Assembly: GCA_964016885.1 (NCBI GenBank)
Contig: OZ024741.1
Coordinates: forward strand, 152,954,001 to 153,018,000
Direction: 5' to 3'
Origin: Eledone cirrhosa
Taxonomy: Eukaryota
DNA length: 64,000 bases
The notes under the pieces were generated by a model that was not told the origin of the DNA, did no database searches, and worked only from the letters and a program-made list of their open reading frames with translations. Positions 55,326-64,000 of this stretch are shown here, one piece after another (position 1 is the stretch's first letter; the number at the start of each line of letters is the position of its first letter). The position numbers and the translations under genes were made by a program.

Positions 55326-56335
55326 ATACATACATACATGATGATTATGGCTGCCCCCTCGTTATCGAGTATGGCCATTGCACGATATACCATTATTAAT
55401 AATTATCAATTAATGCTATCGTGCAATGCCTGTGCGTGAAGATATTTTTTAAAGTGAGGAAAGACTGTGCACTGAGCCAATCCCACTCTCTGAGCGACAG
55501 TAGCTATAACCCGAAAAGAAGAAAAGATCAACATCGTCGGTAACTACTGAGCCACAGGTTTTATATCGGAGTTATCCCAGTTTCTTGAGTTTTCCTTCTC
55601 CTAGAAGAATGTCCTAGCAAAGGCTAGGGGTCCGTCACTCCCAGTGATTTAACCGCGCGATCGGGTGTCCAGCCAGACTATTTCTATGTCCCCGCGTATA
55701 TACATACACATGCACCCATGCATATACACATATACATATACATACATATGTACATGTGTATATACATATTTACACACTTTCGGATGGCCGTTGACTCTTA
55801 TTAGTTCCTCCGCCCTTTGTCAGGTTTTGTTTTTTGTCCTGCAGGGTGTCCAAAATCACCCTCCTCACCAAGTAAACTTGGTGTGGTTGCCGGTCGAGTC
55901 GCCGACGACCCGACCATGCGACAGGTTGTACTGGGTTACATACATACATGATGGCTGCCCCCTCGTTATCGAGTATGGCCATTGCACGATATACCATTAT
56001 TAATAATTATTAATTAATTCTATCGTGCAATACCTGTGCGTGAAAATATTTTTGAAAGTGAGGAAAGACTGTACACTGAGCCAATCCCACTCTCTGAGCG
56101 ACAGTAGCTATAACCCGAAAAGAAGAAAAGATCAACATCATCGGTAACTACTGGGCCGCAGGTTTTATATCGGAGTTATCCCAGTTTCCTGAGTTGCCTG
56201 CTCCTAGAAGAATGCCCTGACAAAGGCTAGGGGGTCCTTCACTCCCAGTGATTTAACCGCGCGGTACATGTGTATATACATATTTACACACTTTCAGATG
56301 GTCGTTGACGCTTATGAGTTCTTCTGCCCTTTGTC
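55326..56335 (-). mobile_element. Tandemly duplicated (~610-bp period) non-coding element with an RTE-like motif and an (ATGT)n tail
   Basis: 55326-55660 ~ 55938-56262 and 55750-55820 ~ 56263-56335; reverse complement contains CTAGGAGAAGGAAAACTC. Confidence 0.6.
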
Positions 56336-56673
56336 ATACATACATGCATACATAAATAAGTACGTACATACATATATACATACATACACACGTCTGTGTG
56401 TGTAAGTATACACTCACACATATCCCATACTAAGTATCTGTTACTTCCTCTCAAGCCTATACACTATCACCTTACCACTACCATCACAGTCCATCAGGTA
56501 GGTTACAAAGATCTAATGTCATAGGGCAGACAACCCCCAGTAACATTATATCTTCCTCAACATGATGTCTTCTTGTTTCAGACATATCAAGTTATCGCAA
56601 ACCGGGTTAACTTTAGAAGAAACGACTTCTTTCACCGACCCAGAAAAGGTAACAGGAAACAAAGGTGATATAT

Positions 56674-56707
<34 letters not shown>

Positions 56708-56797
56708 ACATCATTATCATCATCATCATCATTCATCATCATCATTATTATTATCTCCATCACCTTCCCCATGACCACCATTAAACAGGCTAGCGCG

Positions 56798-56849
<52 letters not shown>

Positions 56850-56897
56850 CGATGTACGATGTACGAAGCCGAATTTTCTGCTTTTGAAGTGCTGAGA

Positions 56898-56944
<47 letters not shown>

Positions 56945-56955
<11 letters not shown>

Positions 56956-57180
56956 GTGTTCAAGTGCAGAAATGCTATGAAGAAATGTTATAAAATAGGG
57001 TGAAGACTCTTAAAAGAAGGGGAAAGAAGTTGCCATCGGCCGCTCTGGAAGATATGGGTTTCATTTTCTCATAGCGGTCGATGGCAACTTCTTTTTCCGT
57101 CTTTTAATTTTTCCGTCGTCACCCTATTTCATAAGCTATCTTTATAGTATTTCTGCGCTTGAGCACTTTCTTTACACACA
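56945..57180. repeat. Imperfect ~235-bp palindrome between (TG)n and (CA)n/(TA)n
   Basis: AAGAAGTTGCCATCGGCCGCT / AGCGGTCGATGGCAACTTCTT, with matching outer arms. Confidence 0.8.
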
Positions 57181-57201
57181 CACACACACATATATATATA
57201 T

Positions 57202-57312
<111 letters not shown>

Positions 57313-57586
57313 TATATATATATATATAAAGAATTAATATCTAGTAACATATATATACATACAGATGCATATCAATGCTAGCAAATATATAGGTTTTGTC
57401 TTAGTAACTTTGTGGTTCAATGCATGTCACGTGATTGATTCTTTTTGAATTTGCCACCGACGCAGAGGCAGTGATTTTCTCAATGGCTAGGAATTCAGTC
57501 CACGCTTTGCTATTTTCTATCCACTGAATTATTTTTTAATAAGTTTCCAGTGTCCACGCTTTGCCTGGATACTTAGATGAGAATAG

Positions 57587-57668
57587 ACTTCCCTGACGAC
57601 GGAATGCTTCTCTGTATCTTCTTCGGAAAATATATTTATTCCATTCCAGAAACTAATTAGTTGGAAGT
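57587..57668 (+). ncRNA. Type I hammerhead ribozyme motif upstream of (TA)n
   Basis: acttcc-CTGACGA-cggaatg...cattcca-GAAA-ctaattag-TT-ggaagt. Confidence 0.75.
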
Positions 57669-57713
57669 GATATTTTAGTAAGTAAGTTAATTTTATAATT
57701 TTCTTATTTTACG

Positions 57714-57788
<75 letters not shown>

Positions 57789-57829
57789 TATCGACATTCG
57801 ATTGACTTTCGTCAAATCGGACCGAGGAC

Positions 57830-57978
57830 ATTGTTTCCATTGGTCTTTCTAATTGCTAATACTACCTATCAGTCGCAAGTCCAGGTAGAAGGAACAGAAC
57901 GCATCGCCCGGTCCGGGAATCAAACTCAGGACTTCTCGATTGCGGATCCAATTCTTTAGCCACTCAGCTATGCGCCTT
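57830..57978 (-). mobile_element. tRNA-derived SINE head remnant
   Basis: Reverse complement GGCGCATAGCTGAGTGG...GAGTTTGATTCCCGG, then a CORE-like segment. Confidence 0.55.
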
Positions 57979-57984
57979 CACTAT

Positions 57985-58983
57985 ATATATTTTTATTTTT
58001 AACTTCATTCGCACCGTTTCCTCCCACCCCCTTTTCGCTATATGTCTCTCCACCACTCCCCTACACACCCTTTGAACTCTCTTCCCACACACTTCTCACC
58101 TGAGGAAGGGCTTATGCCCGAAACGTCGTTCCCCACCACCACCTCACTCTCCAGAGCGTGAAATTAATAAACATTCGTTGTACTGCCTCTCTGTTTTGTT
58201 CCTGTTCAAATTTTCCATTATATATATATATATCCTGTTCAAATTTTCCATTATATATATATATATATAATGGAAAATTTGAACAGGAACAAAACAGAGA
58301 GGCAGTACAACGAATGTTTATTAATTTCACGCTCTGGAGAGTGGGGTGGTGGTGGGGAACGACGTTTCGGGCATAAGCCCTTCCTCAGGTGAGAAGTGTG
58401 TGGGAAGAGAGTTCAAAGGGTGTGTAGGGGAGTGGTGGAGAGACATATAGCGAAAAGGGGGTGGGAGGAAACGGTGCGAATGAAATTAAAAATAAAAATA
58501 AAAATAAAGCATGATCAAAATAAAATGAAATGAAATAAAAATAAATATAAAAGCATGATCAAAATAAACTGAAATTAAAAAGGGGTAAAACAGGTGGTGG
58601 AAGGGTGTGGGGTGTGTAGGGGTGGTGGCGGGTGGAGTGGGGAGAGGGAGACGGGGTGTCCGAGCGGGGAGGGCTGAAGGTGGTGTGTGTGTGTAGGTGT
58701 AGGTGTACGTGTGTGTGTGTGTGTGTGTATGTGAAAGCAAGGGTTGGGGGAAGAACGGGGTTGCATGTTCAGGAAGAGGTGTGTGTGTGGGGTGGGGTGT
58801 AGGTCGGAGTGTCTGTGCGTGTGTGGATAGAGGGGTGGGGGAGATGAATCCGGAGCTGAAGGTGTAAATATGCGGTGGAAAGCACGTGTGTGTGGGGTTT
58901 AAGCGTGTTGTGGGTGTAGGTGGCGTGTGGGAGAAAAAATTTTTTTGGGGTGTGTGTGTGGGTGAGTTATATAGGTGATTCCA

Positions 58984-58985
<2 letters not shown>
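57985..58985. mobile_element. Tail-to-tail pair of Penelope-like 3' ends around a (TA)n centre, each with an HHR core
   Basis: Near-identical arms ~57985-58220 and ~58268-58500; CTGAGGA-AGGGCTTATGCCC-GAAACGTC at 58100-58127 (+) and ~58361-58388 (-). Confidence 0.75.
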
Positions 58986-59015
<30 letters not shown>

Positions 59016-59201
59016 GTCGAAACGGCTTGAGCTCAGCCGTCGGGGTCCTACTCGTTCCTATTACCCACTCTACTACCCTAAGTATTGAGTACTTTGGTGC
59101 GTTATGGTCCACCTGGTTCTTTACCACATTTCCTTCGTTATATATATATATATATATTATATTATATTATATTATATTATATTATATTATATTATATTAT
59201 A

Positions 59202-61421
59202 TCTTATATATAAAGTGAAGATGGGCATTGTTTGGTGTTCCCAACTTGCATGCTACACCATTCATCCAATTTTCATGAAACCTCACACATATAAAACTCA
59301 ACGCGTAGAGTGGAATAGGCTACTTGAAAATTTCGAAAAATCGATAATGGGGACCCCAGAAGCCAAAAATCGATATTTTCAAAAATCGATGAAACTCGAC
59401 GCAAGTGTGTATTTTGATTCGGGGATAAACGTGCGCTACATTAAATTTTCGAAATCTCGATAAACGCCATTCTTCTTGCTTACATTTGTCGCGACTCCCG
59501 CCATGCAAAAATGTTCAATCTATCAGGATTATCTACTGTAAGTCTATTTAAATTAACGCTCACCATATTCAGCAAACCTTTTATGCCGATTCTTCCATTT
59601 CTTATATAAGGACTATCAACACTATACCGCCGCGCATCATCCTGTATTGCACCCAGTCTTCTCAAGCGATCATCGAGCCTCCATGCGCTCCCTTCATTCC
59701 CGTGGTCCCACTACCGTACCATAATGAGGCATCCGTCAAACTCTGCCCTCTCCCATCCCTGCACGCCGTCGACCTACTACATCGTTGTGCATCACCATGC
59801 GCATCTCTGCATTGTCAGCTGCAATTCATTCCCCGGCCCTTTCCATTGCCTGCCCTCCGTGGTCCCTAAGGACTGCCACGGCTCAACATGCCGAATCCCT
59901 GCCACCGTCCACCCCTGCCCATTTCCATTGCCTACACTCCGGGAGAGCTCAAGACTTCCAGGCCTGACCAAGCCGCATCCCTGCCACCGTCAACCCCTGC
60001 CCTCTCCCTTCCCTGCACGCTGTCGTCCCACTGCATCGCCATGCCTCACCATGCCGCATTACTGCCCTGTCGGCCACCATCCCCTCCTCAGCCATTTTTT
60101 TGGCCTGCCCGCCGTGCTCCTTCAATACTGCCTTGCCTAACTAAGCCGCATCCCTGCCACCATCAGGTCCTTCCTTCTCCCTTCCCTGCACGCTGTCGTC
60201 CCACTGCATCGTCATGCCTCACAATGCCGCATCCATGCTCTGTCAGCCACCATGCCCTCCCCTTCCCTCTCCCTTACCCGCACGACTTGGTCCTTCACGA
60301 GTGCCATGGTTCACCATGCGGAATCCCTGCAACCGTCAATCCCGGCCATCTCCCTTCCCTGCACGCCGTCGTCCCACTGCATCGTCATGCATCACCATGC
60401 CGCATCAATGCTCTGTCAGCCGCCATCCCCTCCTTGGCCCTTTCTTTTTCCTGCTCGCAGTGCTCCTTCAAGACTGCCATGGCTCACCATGCGGCATCCT
60501 TTCCACCGTCCACCCATGCCCTCTTTCTTGCCTGCTGGCCGTCGCTCCACTACATCTTCATGCCTCAGGATGCCGCCTCCATGCACTGTCAGCCACCATC
60601 CCCTCCTCGGCCCTTTCTTTTGCCTGACCGCCGAGCTCCTTCAAGACTTCCATGGCTATCTATGCCGCATCAATTCCTTGCCACCCGCTTAAACGTCATC
60701 AGTATGGCTTATTGTTGCCTCATTTGATCACCGATGTTCGCAGGCTAAACACAATACCAACGTACACGATAGTGCATGGTAAATCTTTTTAATTACATGT
60801 TCTTGAGGCTGTTGCAAAGGGCAATAACCCTAGACGCAATTTTGATCAACTTTTTTTCACATATAGCAAATTTACCGGGACAGGTCTTTAGCTACTCAAA
60901 TCTACTTCAGAGGTCACGCATTCATGTAAAAAATCAATAAAACTGAAGCGGGAGTTCGACTTTGCGCAAAAAACAAGGCAAAGTTGCAGATGGGATAATT
61001 TTTTACAGGAACGTCCGATTTTCGTGAAAACTGTCGCAACTGATTCGTCCATTATGCCGCGATTCAGATAAAGTCCCTGTTATTTCTTCTTCTGCACATG
61101 TGAGCGCCAAAATTGTAAAAAAAAAAAAAAATTTGAAAAAAATCGACTTTTTCACCCTGCTTTAAAAATCAACTGAAATTTCAATTTCAAGTTAATTTGA
61201 CTTCCGTCAGTCTTGCAAAGAACAATTTCAACGATACACTCTGAACCTACAATTGATCCATTATTTATGCTCAATTACACACCTGCGTATACTAACCTCT
61301 ATTTTTTCCCTTGAGGTTCGAAGATTTTTGCACCTGTGATGCGCGGGAAGTAACTTTCAAACATTTTAACAACAGACCAAAGGTCGACTTACACCCGGGC
61401 AACGCCGGGTACTTCTGCTAG
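59202..61421 (+). mobile_element. Non-autonomous Helitron with a GC-rich repetitive interior
   Basis: A|TCTTATATATAAAG 5' end; 3' hairpin CCCGGGCAACGCCGGG followed by CTAG. Confidence 0.88.
59750..60680. repeat. Degenerate C-rich tandem repeat, ~173-bp period with ~87-bp subunits
   Basis: CCGCATCCCTGCCACC-like motif at ~59973, ~60146, ~60319 and ~60492. Confidence 0.75.
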
Positions 61422-63938
61422 TATATATATATAAAGGGAAGATGGACATTGTTTGGTGTTCCCAACTTGCATGTTACACCGTTCATCCAATTTTCATGAA
61501 ACCTCACACATATATAAAACGCAACGCGTAGAGTGGAATAGGCTACTTGAAATTTTCGAAAAATCGATAATCGGGCCCTATGACAGAATGTTTTTCGATT
61601 CCAATGAAATTGTATGTGAATTCGAACACAAGAACTCTTAGTTTACATCTGGCGCAATAAAAATAAATTTCATATGCCCATATAAGGACGTGCGTTATTG
61701 ATTGGACGGCCAGCTGCATGTCTTCCCAGCTGTCTCAGTAAACGACCGACCATTAAAGAGTTTATCTTTTCATATTCCACCTTATTCAAGTGGAAATACA
61801 GTATTATCCCTATCTGAAAAGGGAAGCAAATTTAATGGTGTCTTTTGTGATGCTAAAAGCTGTGAGTAAATTTTCAAACAGTCTTAAATAATCATGCTTT
61901 TTGAAAAAAAAATTACTAAATAATACGTTGACCAAGTTGTATTGTACACATACAAAGTTGTAAAAAATATTACGTCGTACCAACGTTTTCCTTTTTTAAA
62001 CAAAAGATTCTAAAAAATTACTTAATTTATAATACAGTCTTTTGCACAGGAAGTGAGTAACTTTTCGGGTGTTTAAACGTAAGTTCACCAGGGTTTGTGT
62101 CTTCATTATTAGCCCACCTCTCATGGCATTTTTTGTTCTGCTTACGACTAAATGTTATGAGCGTATTTGCAATTAATTACGCACACGTGCACACCTGCAT
62201 GCAGATAGACACTGACAGCCAATAATAAATCGATAACTTGCTTATTAAGATATCGGTCAAAAAGAGAGATTGAGTGTACTTTAGAACATTTTTTGAATAT
62301 ATTGTTCTTTTTGGCATGATATGTCAGAAATATAGCTAATATACACTTTGGTTATTTTTTGTAACTAAAAAACGGTTCCTTTTGGGTGGATATTTAACGA
62401 GAAAAATCCTAGGGTTTTGGACAGTTTGTTTCAGGCGCTGTATAGACGCCTATTTTGTCACACCTTGGTCATGAATTCGTATTCTTTTCCAATAGATATT
62501 TTCCCCTCTATAAGGCTCACCAGGATATAAGGCGTATCATTTAAAATCACGTCCGCGCAACGGCGTGTAAGGCCAACCAGAAAATGCTATCTTCTTTACT
62601 TTTAGTCTAGATCTATTACTTCTGTTAGAGCCGTGATTGATTACCATTGTATTATTTATACATAAGGCTCACCGGAGTATAAAGCGCAGAGCTGTTTTTT
62701 GATTAAATTTAATTATTTTAAGTGCAATTTATAGACCGGAAAATTCGGTAAGTTATTGTAATCATATTTCCAAACCTTCCCATTCACCAGTAACCATGCT
62801 AACGAATCTGGTGTCATCTCTCTCTCTGTATTTAATCACCTCTCTCTAACCTAACAGCTTCGTTACACGTCGTTATGCCCACACGGAAACGTTCAAGACT
62901 TACCTCCAAAAAAGGTACAGCTACTGCTTTGAGACAACGAATTAGGCGTTCTCAGGTATGAGTTCATTCACAATTGATTAATCCTTTATGCAATATTCTC
63001 CCTTAATGTTAGCAAGTACTTCGTTTATCCTAACTGTCACCACTTTTAAGCAACTACAACATTCTAATCGTAGTTATATTAAATTTATTGTCTTACCTTG
63101 ATTCCCTTTTGTTCATGTTAGACTTTTCTCATTTACTATTGACACTGCCATTGGCTTAGCTAACCAGTAGAATTAATTAATTTTCTCTAGGAAACACCTG
63201 CTGAGCGCGAATCTCGACTCGCTGATAGACGTCTTTCCCGGCTGGTTGAGTCACCAACATCACGTACGACAAGGCTTGCTGATGTTCGCCTTCGTCGCCA
63301 ACAAGCGCTGACGGAGGAATCACCAACATCCCGTCAGACGAGGCTTGAGGCTGTGGCAAAGGGCAATAACCCTAGATACAATTTTGATCAACTTTTTTTC
63401 ACCTATAGCAAATTTACCGGGACAGGTTTTTAGCTACTCAAATCTACTTCAGAGATCACGCATTGATGTAAAAAATCAATAAAACTGAAGCGGGGCTCGA
63501 CTTTGCGCCAAAAAAACAAGGCAAAGTTACACATGGGAAAACTTTTTACAGGAACGTCCTATATTCTTGAAAACTGTCACAAAAGACTCGCCATTATGCC
63601 GCGGTTAAGATAAAGGCCCTTTTAATTCTTCTTCTGCACATGTGAGCGCAAAAGTTGTAAAAAAAAAAAAACCCTGAAAGTAATCGACATTTTCACCCTG
63701 CTTTAAATTAACTGAACATTCAATATCAAGAGATTTTGACTTCCGTCAGTCGTGCAGAGAACAATTTCAACGATACACTGTAACTACAATTAATAAATTA
63801 CACACCTGTGTCTACTAACCTATATTTTTTCATTGAAATTCGAAGTTTTGAACCTGTGATGCCCGGGAAGTAACTTTCACACATTCTAACAGACCAAAGG
63901 TTGACTTACACCCGGGCAACGCCGGGTACTTCTGCTAG
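61422..63938 (+). mobile_element. Second Helitron of the same family, directly head-to-tail with the first
   Basis: 5' ~145 bp and 3' ~600 bp shared with 59202-61421; identical hairpin and CTAG|T. Confidence 0.88.
62494..62750. mobile_element. Small pogo/Tc2-like MITE nested in the Helitron
   Basis: TATTTTCC..TCTATAAGGCTCACC left end; TTATAGACCGGAAAATTCGGTA right end; internal TATAAGGC repeats. Confidence 0.5.
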
Positions 63939-63947
63939 TATATATAT

Positions 63948-64000
<53 letters not shown>

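Noticed and set aside
57905-57978. tRNA gene
   Set aside because: No proper acceptor stem or cloverleaf, and it continues into a SINE body
59724-60727. Pro/His/Cys-rich + strand ORFs up to 279 aa
   Set aside because: Open in several frames because of the C-rich tandem repeat; no domain recognised

Overview
Eukaryotic, AT-rich, repeat-dense DNA with no recognisable host protein-coding gene. The SINE families and the (TA)n/(CA)n/(GA)n load suggest a cephalopod (octopus-like) genome; this is an inference. Contents: a 6.3-kb 35-bp satellite with higher-order blocks; a near full-length L1-Tx1 retrotransposon with frameshifted ORF1/ORF2; a 5'-truncated CR1-group LINE; CRE-, R4- and RTE-type fragments; decayed Tc1/mariner, Chapaev3-like and hAT elements; MITEs; two Helitron clusters; and about 20 copies of a tRNA-derived SINE. 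The most notable signal is a set of about 9 distinct type-I hammerhead ribozyme (HHR) motifs, read by eye. They sit in short, mostly non-coding, often fold-back Penelope-like inserts whose 3' ends abut (TA)n tracts. One is a 516-bp tandem unit whose 5' truncation lies within 3 nt of the predicted self-cleavage site, as expected for a retrozyme-like element. Most listed ORFs are microsatellite artefacts. All family assignments come from remembered motifs, not database searches.
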